DNA of 64,000 nt from the NCBI GenBank assembly GCA_964016885.1, contig OZ024761.1:13950001-14014000 (forward strand), written 5' to 3'. Shown piece by piece: positions 1 through 14,104 of the stretch; within the stretch, counting starts at the first letter, position 1, and each line of letters begins with the position of its first letter. The DNA is from Eledone cirrhosa. Taxonomy: Eukaryota. A model generated the notes under the pieces. It saw nothing but the letters and a program-made list of their open reading frames with translations, was not told the DNA's origin and made no database searches. Made by a program: the position numbers and the translations under genes.

Positions 1-665
1 ATAGTACTATGTCTAACACTATTGACTGTGTCTGGTAGGTTAGTTGGTCAAACAGACAGACAGATTGGTACATTACTATAGTACTATGTCTAACACTATT
101 GACTCTGTCTGGTAGGTTAGTTGGTCAAACAGACAGACAGACAGATTGGTACATTATTATAGTACTATGTCTAACACTATTGACTGTGTCTGGTAGGTTA
201 GTTGGTCAAACAGACAGACAGACAGATTGGTACATTATTATAGTACTATGTCTAACACTATTGACTGTGTCTGGTAGGTTAGTTGGTCAAACAGACAGAC
301 AGATTGGTACATTACTATAGTACTATGTCTAACACTATTGACTGTGTCTGGTGGGTTAGTTGGTCAAACAGACAGACAGACAGATTGGTACTTTATTATA
401 GTACTATGTCTAACACTATTGACTGTGTCTGGTAGGTTAGTTGGTCAAACAGACAGACAGATTGGTACATTACTATAGTACTATGTCTAACACTATTGAC
501 TGTGTCTGGTGGGTTAGTTGGTCAAACAGACAGACAGATTGGTACATTACTATAGTACTATGTCTAACACTATTGACTGTGTCTGGTAGGTTAGTTGGTC
601 AAACAGACAGCAGACAGATTGGTACATTACTGTAGTACTATGTCTAACACTATTGACTGTGTCTG
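1..665. repeat. 77/81-bp tandem repeat, about 8.5 copies, runs off the window start
   Basis: Unit atagtactatgtctaacactattgactgtgtctggtaggttagttggtcaaac(agac)n agattggtacattact. Confidence 0.95.
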
Positions 666-689
666 TGTGACCCTGCCTTTCTGTCTCTG

Positions 690-1312
690 TTACCATCATC
701 ATCATCACCATCCCATCACCACCACCACCACTGCCCCCCCCCCCCCCACCACATCTTCACCACTAGACCCACTACCACACCACCACTACTAACATCACAC
801 CACCACTACTAACATCACACCACCACTATCACCAACACCACCATCACCACCACTACTACTACTATCACACCACCACCACCACCACCACCACCACCACCAC
901 TACCACCACCACCAACACCACCACCACCATGACACCACCATTACTACCATCACACCACCATCACCACCACTACTACCATCACACCACCACCACCACCACC
1001 ACCACCACCACCACCACCACCACCACCACCAACACCACCACCACCACCATCACACCACCATTACTACCATCACACCACCATCACCACCACTACTACCATC
1101 ACACCACCACCACCACCACCACCACCACCACCACCACCACCACCACCAACACCACCACCATCACACCACCATTACTACCATCACACCACCAACACCACCA
1201 CTACTACCATCACACCACCACCACCACCACCAACACCACCACCATCTTACCACCACCACCACCACCAACACCACCACCCTCACACCACCACCAACACCAC
1301 CACCACCACTAT
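690..1312. repeat. (CAC)n-rich low-complexity tract
   Basis: Direct reading. Confidence 0.9.
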
Positions 1313-1399
1313 CAGCTATCTGCATTTGGTCTTGTGATATTATAATGCATCTAGTGATGTCATGGCTGCACACTGCATACTGCATACTGCATCACTGCA

Positions 1400-1917
1400 T
1401 CACTGTGTGTGTGTGTGTATATCTCTCTCTTTCTCTGTGTGTGTGTGTGTATATCTCTCTTTCTCTGTGTGTGTGTGTCTAGATCTGTGCATATGTATAT
1501 GCATGTTTGTGTATATGCATGTAAGTCTGTGTGTATGTAAGTGCGTGGCTGTGTGTGTGTATATGCTTGTGTGTATTCTGTGTGTGTATGTGTGTATGTA
1601 TATTCTATATGTGTATATATGTGTGTATGTAAGTCTGTATGTATTTTTGTGTGTTTGTAAGTCTGCATGTATTTTTGTGTGTATATATATGTGTGTGTGT
1701 AAGTCTGTGTGTATTCTGTGTGTGTATATGTGTATGTAAGTCTGTGTGTGTTCTGTGTGTATGTGTGTATTCTGTGTGTATATGTGTATTCTGTGTGTGT
1801 ATATGTGTATGTAAGTCTGTGTATTCTGTGTGTATGTGTGTATTCTGTGTGTGTGTGTGTGTATTCTGTGTGTGTATATGTGTATGTAAGTCTGTGTATT
1901 CTGTGTGTATGTGTGTA

Positions 1918-1955
<38 letters not shown>

Positions 1956-2430
1956 TCTGTGTGTGTATATGTGTATGTAAGTCTGTGTATTCTGTGTGTG
2001 TGTGTGTATTCTGTGTGTGTGTGTATTCTGTGTGTGTATATGTGTATGTAAGTCTGTGTATTCTGTGTGTATGTGTGTATTCTGTGTGTATGTGTGTATT
2101 CTGTGTGTGTGTGTATTCTGTGTGTGTATATGTGTATGTAAGTCTGTGTATTCTGTGTGTATGTGTGTATTCTGTGTGTGTGTGTGTATTCTGTGTGTGT
2201 GTGTATTCTGTGTGTGTGTGTATTCTGTGTGTGTATATGTGAATGTAAGTCTGTGTATTCTGTGTGTATGTGTGTATTCTGTGTGTGTGTGTGTGTGTAT
2301 TCTGTGTGTGTATATGTGTATGTAAGTCTGTGTATTCTGTGTGTATGTGTGTATTCTGTGTGTGTGTGTGTGTGTATTCTGTGTGTGTATATGTGTATGT
2401 AAGTCTGTGTATTCTGTGTGTATGTGTGTA

Positions 2431-2474
<44 letters not shown>

Positions 2475-2729
2475 ATGTAAGTCTGTGTATTCTGTGTGTA
2501 TGTGTGTATTCTGTGTGTGTGTGTGTGTGTGTATTCTGTGTGTGTATATGTGTATGTAAGTCTGTGTATTCTGTGTGTATGTGTGTATTCTGTGTGTGTG
2601 TGTATTCTGTGTGTGTATATGTGTATGTAAGTCTGTGTATTCTGTGTGTATGTGTGTATTCTGTGTGTGTGTGTATTCTGTGTGTGTATATGTGAATGTA
2701 AGTCTGTGTATTCTGTGTGTATGTGTGTA

Positions 2730-2769
<40 letters not shown>

Positions 2770-2924
2770 TCTGTGTGTGTATATGTGTATGTAAGTCTGT
2801 GTATTCTGTGTGTATGTGTGTATTCTGTGTGTGTGTGTGTGTGTGTGTATTCTGTGTGTGTATATGTGTATGTAAGTCTGTGTATTCTGTGTGTATGTGT
2901 GTATTCTGTGTGTGTGTGTGTGTA

Positions 2925-2958
<34 letters not shown>

Positions 2959-3978
2959 TCTGTGTGTGTATATGTGTATGTAAGTCTGTGTATTCTGTGT
3001 GTATGTGTGTATTCTGTGTGTGTGTGTATTCTGTGTGTGTATATGTGAATGTAAGTCTGTATTTTTTGTGTGTATATGTGTGTGTATGCAAGTCTGTGTG
3101 TATATGTGTTTATATAAGTCTGTTTATTCTTTGTGTGTGTGACTGTCTTTGTGTATGCATGTATGTGTGTGTGTCTTTTTTATGTGTTTGTGTGTGTGTA
3201 TATATCTGTGTATATGTGTAAGTATGTATGCCATTCTTTGTGTGTAAGTGTATGTCTGTGTATGTTTGTGTTTGTGTGTCCGTGTATGTCTATGTTTATG
3301 TGTGTAAGTGTATGTTTGTGTTTGTGTGTGTAAGTGTATGCTGCGTATATGTGTGTAAGTGTATGTCTGTGTTTATGTGTGTAAGTGTATGTCTGTGTTT
3401 ATGTGTGTAAGTGTATGTCTGTGTTTATGTGTGTAAGTGTATGTCTGTGTTTATGTGTGTAAGTGTATGTTTGTGTGTAAGTGTATGTCTGCGTATATGT
3501 GTGTGTGTCTGCGTATATGTGTGTAAGTGTATGTCTGTGTTTATGTGTGTAAGTGTATGTCTGCGTATATGTGTGTAAGTGTATGTTTGCGTATATGTGT
3601 GTAAGTGTATGTCTGCTTTTATGTGTGTAAGTGTATGTCTGTGTTTATGTGTGTATGTTTGTGTTTATGTGTGTAAGTGTATGTTTGTGTTTATGTGTGG
3701 AAGTGTATGTCTGTGTTTATGTGTGTAAGTGTATTCTGTGTTTATGTGTGTAAGTGTATGTCTGCGTTTATGTGTGTAAGTGTATGTCTGTGTTTATGTG
3801 TGTAAGTTTATTCTGTGTTTATGTGTGTAAGTGTATGTCTGCGTTTATGTGTGTAAGTGTATGTCTGTGTTTATGTGTGTAAGTGTATTCTGTGTTTATG
3901 TGTGTAAGTGTATGTCTGTGTTTATGTGTGTAAGTGTATTCTGTGTTTATGTGTGTAAGTGTATTCTGTGTTTATGTA
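1400..3978. repeat. Compound (TG)n-derived minisatellites (tattc(tg)n / tatgtaagtc units, then an about 26-bp gtgtaagtgtatgtctgtgtttatgt unit)
   Basis: Direct reading. Confidence 0.9.
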
Positions 3979-4118
3979 TAATGAAATAAATATGGTTTTA
4001 TAAATATAGTTTCCATTTGTTAATATATCGTATTTTTACTCCAAAAATTTGTTGAGTGCTTTATATCAGTTATAAACATATTTGCTTGTTGTATCCCAAC
4101 AAATTAAATATAACTTCT

Positions 4119-4202
<84 letters not shown>

Positions 4203-4264
4203 ATCTAATAAGGTACTCAATACATCAATACATAGCAGAGTATAAATATTTAATATAGAAATGG

Positions 4265-4311
4265 TTTCTACAGGAGTAGAACTGTTTCATTGGAAGGAAA
4301 TCATCAGGAAA
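4265..4311 (-). ncRNA. Type I hammerhead ribozyme, same family as 32504, weak stem II
   Basis: Minus strand: tttc CUGAUGA tttccttccaat GAA acag-ttctactc-ctgt a gaaa. Confidence 0.6.
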
Positions 4312-4329
4312 ACACCCCGGTCTCCCAAC

Positions 4330-4424
4330 CAATCTGGCTTCAAGTGGGACAATCCCATCTAACCCATGCTAGCGTGGAAGAAGGGCATTAAACAATGATG
4401 ATGATGATGATGATGATGATGATA
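4330..4424 (+). mobile_element. RTE 3'-end fragment with (GAT)n tail
   Basis: ctaacccatgctagcgtggaag...gatgatg, shared with families B and C. Confidence 0.7.
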
Positions 4425-4584
4425 TATATCCATTATCACATTATGCCACTGGAAAAACCAGTGTTTTTTACTTAATTACTCCCACTAATTGATGTACTAA
4501 TAAGTTTAATGGGAAAGGGGTGTTGGGAGGGGGGTGGGAGGGGGATAATGTAGTATTTCATCTACATCCTTATCACCATTGGTA

Positions 4585-4587
4585 TTG

Positions 4588-4619
<32 letters not shown>

Positions 4620-5650
4620 AGCATTATGACAGTCACCATCATGATTATCTTTACCCTCACCACCACCATCACCATCAACACCACTATCAATATCACCATA
4701 AGCCCCACCACCATCACCACCACCACCATCAATAACACCACCACCAATATCACCATTAGCCCCCCCCCCAATCATTACCACCACCACCACCACCACTATT
4801 ACCACCACGACCATCATTACCACCACCACCACCATCATTACCACCACCACCACCACCATCATTACCACCACCACGACCATCATTACCACCATCACCACCA
4901 CCACCATCATTAACTCCACCACCATCATTACCACCACCATCATTACCACCACCACCACCACTACAGCCACCATCATTACCACCACCACCATCATTATCAC
5001 CACCATCATTACCACCACCACCACCATCATTACCACCACCACCACCATCATTACCACCACCACGATCATCATTACCACCATCACCACCACCACCATCATT
5101 AACTCCACCACCATCATTACCACCACCATCATTACCACCACCACCACCACTACAGCCACCATCATTACCACCACCACCATCATTAGCACCACCATCATTA
5201 CCACCACCACCACCATCATTACCACCACCACCACCACGACCATCATTACCACCATCACCACCACCATCATTACCACCACCATCATTAGCACCACCACCAT
5301 CATTACCACCACCACCACCATCATTACCACCACCACCATCATTACCACCACCACCACCATCATTACCACCACCACCATCACCACCACCACCACCACCACC
5401 AACAACACTACCAACATAACCACCACCACCACCACCACCACCATCACCACCACCATCATTACCACCACCATCATTAGCACCACCACCATCATTACCACCA
5501 CCACCACCATCATTACCACCACCACCATCACCACCACCACCACCACCAACAACACTACCAACATAACCACCACCACCACCACCATTACCACCACCATCAT
5601 AACCCTTCACCATCACCATAGCCACCTTATTACCACCATCATTATTATCA
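4585..5650. repeat. (CAC)n / cattac compound repeat
   Basis: Direct reading. Confidence 0.9.
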
Positions 5651-5654
5651 TCTC

Positions 5655-5886
5655 TTAGTAAAGTCCATTATAACCGTGCAAACACAGACACCATTACAAA
5701 AATATATATACTTACAGACATACATTTACACAAACACACACATAAACTCACACAGCGTAGCAAATGTAACGCCAGCCTCTATTTTGCTATAGTTTTTTCA
5801 CCATCCCCTTCCTTCCTTTTACACACAAATACATTGTGTAACGGACGGACGACGGACGGAAGTCTCTCAAATTTATATATAGATTA
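5655..5886. mobile_element. Possible Helentron-associated (HINE/DINE-1-like) element
   Basis: (GGAC)n microsatellite followed by tttatatatagatt, a DINE-like terminus. Confidence 0.35.
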
Positions 5887-6002
5887 TTTTATGATCCTGG
5901 ATGGAGATCTCTCATCACCATAGGGAATAGGAGGAACTAGCAGATGTCATTTTAGGATGTGGTCCTCCCAGTCATTTAGCCATTACTCTTTGGTCTACCT
6001 AT

Positions 6003-6125
6003 ATAATAATAATAATGAAAATATTGTGTACAGTGCTCAGGTGCACTACAACTCATAAAAAGTGTATGTATAGTACATAGAGTAATGTAAAAACTTCAGG
6101 AAAAGGAACAGTGCATGAGTCATGA
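6003..6125 (-). mobile_element. CR1 3' UTR fragment, same family as 62680-62997
   Basis: Reverse complement contains gagttgtagtgcacctgagcactgtacac plus an (att)n tail. Confidence 0.75.
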
Positions 6126-9100
6126 TATACCTGGTCATTTACAGTCCAGTATATGGTCTACCTGGTTATTTACAGTCCAGTGTGTGGTCTACCTGGTTAT
6201 TTACAGTCCAGTGTGTGGTCTACCTGGTTATTTACAGTCCAGTGTGTGGTCTACCTGGTTATTTACAGTCCAGTGTATGGTCTACCTGGTTATTTACAGT
6301 CCAGTGTATGGTCTACCTGGATATTTTCAGTCCAGTGTGTGGTCTACCTGGTTATTTACAGCCCAGTGTGATCTACCTGGTCATTTACAGTTCAGTGTGT
6401 GGTCTACCTGGTAGTTTACAGTTCAGTGTGTGGTCTACCTGGTCATTTACAGCCCAGTGTGTGGTCTACCTGGTCATTTACAGTTCAGTGTGTGGTCTAC
6501 CTGGTCATTTACAGTCCAGTGTGTGGTCTACCTGGTTATTTACAGTCCAGTGTGTGGTCTACCTGGTCATTTACAGCCCAGTGTGTGGTCTACCTGGTCA
6601 TTTACAGTTCAGTGTGTGGTCTACCTGGTCATTTACAGTCCAGTGTGTGGTCTACCTGGTTATTTACAGTCCAGTGTGTGGTCTACCTGGTTATTTACAG
6701 TCCAGTGTATGGTCTACCTGGTTATTTACAGTCCAGTGTATGGTCTACCTGGATATTTTCAGTCCAGTGTGTGGTCTACCTGGTTATTTACAGCCCAGTG
6801 TGATCTACCTGGTCATTTACAGTTCAGTGTGTGGTCTACCTGGTAGTTTACAGTTCAGTGTGTGGTCTACCTGGTCATTTACAGCCCAGTGTGTGGTCTA
6901 CCTGGTCATTTACAGTTCAGTGTGTGGTCTACCTGGTCATTTACAGTCCAGTGTGTGGTCTACCTGGTCATTTACAGTCCAGTGTGTGGTCTACCTGGTC
7001 ATTTACAGCCCAGTGTGTGGTCTACCTGGTCATTTACAGCCCAGTGTGTGGTCTACCTGGTCATTTACAGTCCAGTGTGTGGTCTACCTGGTCATTTACA
7101 GTCCAGTGTGTGGTCTACCTGGTCATTTACAGTCCAGTGTGTGGTCTACCTAATCATTTACAGCCCAGTGTGTGGTCTACCTGGTCATTTACAGTCCAGT
7201 GTGTGGTCTACCTGGTCATTTACAGTCCAGTGTGTGGTCTACCTGGACATTTACAGTCCAGTGTGTGGTCTACCTGGTCATTTACAGTCCAGTGTGTGGT
7301 CTACCTGGTCATTTACAGTCCTGTGTGTGGTCTACCTGGTAGTTTACAGTTCAGTGTGTGGTCTACCTGGTAGTTTACAGTCCAGTGTGTGGTCTACCTG
7401 GTTATTTACAGTCCAGTGTGTGGTCTACCTGGTCATTTACAGTCCAGTGTGTGGTCTACCTGGACATTTACAGTCCAGTGTGTGGTTTACCTGGTCATTT
7501 ACAGTCCAGTGTGTGGTCTACCTGGTCATTTACAGTCCAGTGTGTGGTCTACCTGGTCATTTACAGTCCAGTGTGTGGTCTACCTGGACATTTACAGTCC
7601 AGTGTGTGGTCTACCTGGTCATTTACAGTCCAGTGTGTGGTCTACCTGGTCATTTACAGTCCAGTGTGTGGTCTACCTGGTAGTTTACAGTTCAGTGTGT
7701 GGTCTACCTGGTTATTTACAGTCCAGTGTGTGGTCTACCTGGTCATTTACAGCCCAGTGTGTGGTCTACCTGGTCATTTACAGTTCAGTGTGTGGTCTAC
7801 CTGGTCATTTACAGTCCAGTGTGTGGTCTACCTGGTTATTTACAGTCCAGTGTGTTGTCTACCTGGTTATTTACAGCCCAGTGTGTGGTCTACCTGGTCA
7901 TTTACAGCCCAGTGTGTGGTCTACCTGGTCATTTACAGTCCAGTGTGTGGTCTACCTGGTCATTTACAGTTCAGTGTGTGGTCTACCTGGTCATTTACAG
8001 TCCAGTGTGTGGTCTACCTGGTCATTTACAGTCCAGTGTGTGGTCTACCTGGTCATTTACAGTCCAGTGTGTGGTCTACCTGGTCATTTACAGTCCAGTG
8101 TGTGGTCTACCTGGTCATTTACAGTCCAGTGTGTGGTCTACCTGGACAATTACAGTCCAGTGTGTGGTCTACCTGGACATTTACAGTCCAGTGTGTGGTC
8201 TACCTGGACATTTACAGTCCAGTGTGTGGTCTACCTGGTCATTTACAGTCCAGTGTGTGGTCTACCTGGTCATTTACAGTCCAGTGTGTGGTCTACCTGG
8301 ACATTTACAGTCTAGTGTGTGGTCTACCTGGACATTTACAGTCCAGTGTGTGGTCTACCTGGTCATTTACAGTCCAGTGTGTGGTCTACCTGGACATTTA
8401 CAGTCCAGTGTGTGGTCTACCTGGACATTTACAGTCCAGTGTGTGGTCTACCTGGTCATTTACAGTCCAGTGTGTGGTCTACCTGGTCATTTACAGTCCA
8501 GTGTGTGGTCTACCTGGTCATTTACAGTACTGTGTTGTCTACCTGGTCATTTACAGTCCAGTGTGTGGTCTACCTGGTCATTTACAGTCCAGTGTGTGGT
8601 CTACCTGGTCATTTACAGTCCAGTGTGTGGTCTACCTGGTCATTTACAGTCCAGTGTGTGGTCTACCTGGTCATTTACAGTCCAGTGTGTGGTCTACCTG
8701 GTCATTTACAGTCCAGTGTGTGGTCTACCTGGTCATTTACAGTCCAGTGTGTGGTCTACCTGGTCATTTACAGTCCAGTGTGTGGTCTACCTGGTCATTT
8801 ACAGTCCAGTGTGTGGTCTACCTGGTCATTTACAGTCCAGTGTGTGGTCTACCTGGTCATTTACAGTCCAGTGTGTGGTCTACCTGGTCATTTACAGTCC
8901 AGTGTGGTCTACCTGGTCATTTTCAGTCCAGTGTATGGTCTACCTGGTCATTTACAGTTCAGTGTGTGGTCTACCTGGTTATTTACAGTTCAGTGTGTGG
9001 TCTACCTGGTTATTTTCAGTTCAGTGTGTGGTCTACCTGGTCATTTTCAGTTCAGTGTGTGGTCTACCTGGTCATTTACAGTCCAGTGTGTGGTCTACCT

Positions 9101-12100
9101 GGTCATTTACAGTCCAGTGTGTGGTCTACCTGGTCATTTACAGCCCAGTGTGTGGTCTACCTGGTCATTTACAGTCCAGGGTGTGGTCTACCTGGACATT
9201 TACAGACCAGTGTGTGGTCTACCTGGTCATTTACAGCCCAGTGTGTGGTCTACCTGGTCATTTACAGTCCAGTGTGTGGTCTACCTGGACATTTACAGAC
9301 CAGTGTGTGGTCTAACTGGTCATTTACAGTCCAGGGTGTGGTCTACCTGGACATTTACAGTCCAGTGTGTGGTCTACCTGGTCATTTACAGTCCAGTGTG
9401 TGGTCTACCTGGTCATTTACAGTCCTGTGTGTGGTCTACCTGGTAGTTTACAGTTCAGTGTGTGGTCTACCTGGTAGTTTACAGTCCAGTGTGTGGTCTA
9501 CCTGGTTATTTACAGTCCAGTGTGTGGTCTACCTGGTCATTTACAGTCCAGTGTGTGGTCTACCTGGACATTTACAGTCCAGTGTGTGGTTTACCTGGTC
9601 ATTTACAGTCCAGTGTGTGGTCTACCTGGTCATTTACAGTCCAGTGTGTGGTCTACCTGGTCATTTACAGTCCAGTGTGTGGTCTACCTGGACATTTACA
9701 GTCCAGTGTGTGGTCTACCTGGTCATTTACAGTCCAGTGTGTGGTCTACCTGGTCATTTACAGTCCAGTGTGTGGTCTACCTGGTAGTTTACAGTTCAGT
9801 GTGTGGTCTACCTGGTTATTTACAGTCCAGTGTGTGGTCTACCTGGTCATTTACAGCCCAGTGTGTGGTCTACCTGGTCATTTACAGCCCAGTGTGTGGT
9901 CTACCTGGACATTTACAGACCAGTGTGTGGTCTAACTGGTCATTTACAGTCCAGGGTGTGGTCTACCTGGACATTTACAGTCCAGTGTGTGGTCTACCTG
10001 GTCATTTACAGTCCAGTGTGTGGTCTACCTGGTCATTTACAGTCCTGTGTGTGGTCTACCTGGTAGTTTACAGTTCAGTGTGTGGTCTACCTGGTAGTTT
10101 ACAGTCCAGTGTGTGGTCTACCTGGTTATTTACAGTCCAGTGTGTGGTCTACCTGGTCATTTACAGTCCAGTGTGTGGTCTACCTGGACATTTACAGTCC
10201 AGTGTGTGGTTTACCTGGTCATTTACAGTCCAGTGTGTGGTCTACCTGGTCATTTACAGTCCAGTGTGTGGTCTACCTGGTCATTTACAGTCCAGTGTGT
10301 GGTCTACCTGGACATTTACAGTCCAGTGTGTGGTCTACCTGGTCATTTACAGTCCAGTGTGTGGTCTACCTGGTCATTTACAGTCCAGTGTGTGGTCTAC
10401 CTGGTAGTTTACAGTTCAGTGTGTGGTCTACCTGGTTATTTACAGTCCAGTGTGTGGTCTACCTGGTCATTTACAGCCCAGTGTGTGGTCTACCTGGTCA
10501 TTTACAGTTCAGTGTGTGGTCTACCTGGTCATTTACAGTCCAGTGTGTGGTCTACCTGGTTATTTACAGTCCAGTGTGTTGTCTACCTGGTTATTTACAG
10601 CCCAGTGTGTGGTCTACCTGGTCATTTACAGCCCAGTGTGTGGTCTACCTGGTCATTTACAGTCCAGTGTGTGGTCTACCTGGTCATTTACAGTTCAGTG
10701 TGTGGTCTACCTGGTCATTTACAGTCCAGTGTGTGGTCTACCTGGTCATTTACAGTCCAGTGTGTGGTCTACCTGGTCATTTACAGTCCAGTGTGTGGTC
10801 TACCTGGTCATTTACAGTCCAGTGTGTGGTCTACCTGGTCATTTACAGTCCAGTGTGTGGTCTACCTGGACAATTACAGTCCAGTGTGTGGTCTACCTGG
10901 ACATTTACAGTCCAGTGTGTGGTCTACCTGGACATTTACAGTCCAGTGTGTGGTCTACCTGGTCATTTACAGTCCAGTGTGTGGTCTACCTGGTCATTTA
11001 CAGTCCAGTGTGTGGTCTACCTGGACATTTACAGTCTAGTGTGTGGTCTACCTGGACATTTACAGTCCAGTGTGTGGTCTACCTGGTCATTTACAGTCCA
11101 GTGTGTGGTCTACCTGGACATTTACAGTCCAGTGTGTGGTCTACCTGGACATTTACAGTCCAGTGTGTGGTCTACCTGGTCATTTACAGTCCAGTGTGTG
11201 GTCTACCTGGTCATTTACAGTCCAGTGTGTGGTCTACCTGGTCATTTACAGTCCAGTGTGTGGTCTACCTGGTCATTTACAGTCCAGTGTGTGGTCTACC
11301 TGGTCATTTACAGTCCAGTGTGTGGTCTACCTGGTCATTTACAGTCCAGGGTGTGGTCTACCTGGACATTTACAGACCAGTGTGTGGTCTACCTGGTCAT
11401 TTACAGCCCAGTGTGTGGTCTACCTGGTCATTTACAGTCCAGTGTGTGGTCTACCTGGACATTTACAGACCAGTGTGTGGTCTAACTGGTCATTTACAAT
11501 TCAGTGTGTGGTGTACCTGGTCATTTACAGTACTGTGTTGTCTACCTGGTCATTTACAGTCCAGTGTGTGGTCTACCTGGTCATTTACAGTCCAGTGTGT
11601 GGTCTACCTGGTCATTTACAGTCCAGTGTGTGGTCTACCTGGTCATTTACAGTCCAGTGTGTGGTCTACCTGGTCATTTACAGTCCAGTGTGTGGTCTAC
11701 CTGGTCATTTACAGTCCAGTGTGTGGTCTACCTGGTCATTTACAGTCCAGTGTGTGGTCTACCTGGTCATTTACAGTCCAGTGTGTGGTCTACCTGGTCA
11801 TTTACAGTCCAGTGTGTGGTCTACCTGGTCATTTACAGTCCAGTGTGTGGTCTACCTGGTCATTTACAGTCCAGTGTGTGGTCTACCTGGTCATTTACAG
11901 TCCAGTGTGGTCTACCTGGTCATTTTCAGTCCAGTGTATGGTCTACCTGGTCATTTACAGTTCAGTGTGTGGTCTACCTGGTTATTTACAGTTCAGTGTG
12001 TGGTCTACCTGGTTATTTTCAGTTCAGTGTGTGGTCTACCTGGTCATTTTCAGTTCAGTGTGTGGTCTACCTGGTCATTTACAGTCCAGTGTGTGGTCTA

Positions 12101-13310
12101 CCTGGTCATTTACAGTCCAGTGTGTGGTCTACCTGGTCATTTACAGCCCAGTGTGTGGTCTACCTGGTCATTTACAGTCCAGGGTGTGGTCTACCTGGAC
12201 ATTTACAGACCAGTGTGTGGTCTACCTGGTCATTTACAGCCCAGTGTGTGGTCTACCTGGTCATTTACAGTCCAGTGTGTGGTCTACCTGGACATTTACA
12301 GACCAGTGTGTGGTCTAACTGGTCATTTACAATTCAGTGTGTGGTGTACCTGGTCATTTACAGTACTGTGTTGTCTACCTGGTCATTTACAGTCCAGTGT
12401 GTGGTCTACCTGGTCATTTACAGTCCAGTGTGTGGTCTACCTGGTCATTTACAGTCCAGTGTGTGGTCTACCTGGTCATTTACAGTCCAGTGTGTGGTCT
12501 ACCTGGTCATTTACAGTCCAGTGTGTGGTCTACCTGGTCATTTACAGTCCAGTGTGTGGTCTACCTGGTCATTTACAGTCCAGTGTGTGGTCTACCTGGT
12601 CATTTACAGTCCAGTGTGTGGTCTACCTGGTCATTTACAGTCCAGTGTGTGGTCTACCTGGTCATTTACAGTCCAGTGTGGTCTACCTGGTCATTTTCAG
12701 TCCAGTGTATGGTCTACCTGGTCATTTACAGCCCAGTGTGTGGTCTACCTGGTTATTTACAGTTCAGTGTGTGGTCTACCTGGTTATTTTCAGTTCAGTG
12801 TGTGGTCTACCTGGTCATTTACAGTCCAGTGTGTGGTCTACCTGGTCATTTACAGTCCAGTGTGTGGTCTACCTGGTCATTTACAGCCCAGTGTGTGGTC
12901 TAACTGGTCATTTACAATTCAGTGTGTGGTGTACCTGGTCATTTACAGCCCAGTGTGTGGTCTACCTGGTCATTTACAGTCCAGTGTGTGGTCTACCTGG
13001 TCATTTACAGTCCAGTGTATGGTCTACCTGGTCATTTACAGTCCAGTGTATGGTCTACCTGGTTATTTTCAGTTCAGTGTGTGGTCTACCTGGTCATTTA
13101 CAGCCCAGTGTGTGGTCTACCTGGTTATTTACAGTCCAGTGTGTGGTCTACCTGGTCATTTACAGCCCAGTGTGTGGTCTACCTGGTTATTTACAGTTCA
13201 GTGTGTGGTCTACCTGGTTATTTTCAGTTCAGTGTGTGGTCTCCCTGGTTATTTACAGTCCAGTGTATGGTCTACCTGGTTATTTACAGTCCAGTGTGTG
13301 TTCTACCTGG
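6126..13310. repeat. 31-bp minisatellite array, about 230 copies, 7.2 kb
   Basis: Unit ggtctacctggtcatttacagtccagtgtgt with recurring variants. Confidence 0.98.
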
Positions 13311-13639
13311 CCTCCTACTACTACCATCAGCCTTCCCCCAGACAAGGACCTAGTAAACAATAACTACAACAACAACAGTAAACATGTTTCCAGTTCAGTT
13401 TACCTTGGTTGGTCATGCCACATTCAAGGAAAAACAAATCAATGCAAATATATATAAATATAGACCAACAACAACTTCAGCTATAACAACAGCAATAACA
13501 GCTATAACAATCCACCACTGCAATATACTCACACACACACACATGCTCATACACACAAACTTCAACTACAACAGCAAATAAATATATACATGTATGTGTG
13601 TATATATATATATACATACACATGTATGTATATATACAT

Positions 13640-13687
<48 letters not shown>

Positions 13688-13690
13688 GTA

Positions 13691-13739
<49 letters not shown>

Positions 13740-13755
13740 GTATGTATATATACAT

Positions 13756-13801
<46 letters not shown>

Positions 13802-13804
13802 GTA

Positions 13805-13855
<51 letters not shown>

Positions 13856-14104
13856 GTATGTATATATACATGTATGTGTGTATATATATATATTTAAACA
13901 ACTACAATAAAATCAAAACTATATAGTGTAAAACAACCACCACCACCAACACCACCATCACAATAACAACCACCAACACCACCATCACAACAACAGCCAC
14001 AACAATCAAAGTTCAGACATCTGTTGCAAAGATCAATATCTAGAATACAATGGAGACCAGTTAAATAACTCTACAAATGGGAGTTGATTTGTTGATTGGT
14101 AATG

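Noticed and set aside
6115-13457. Many 300-800 aa ORFs (VVYLVIYSPVCGLPGHLQSSVWSTW repeats)
   Set aside because: All three frames give the same peptide because a stop-free 31-bp unit cycles through frames. No splice or domain evidence.
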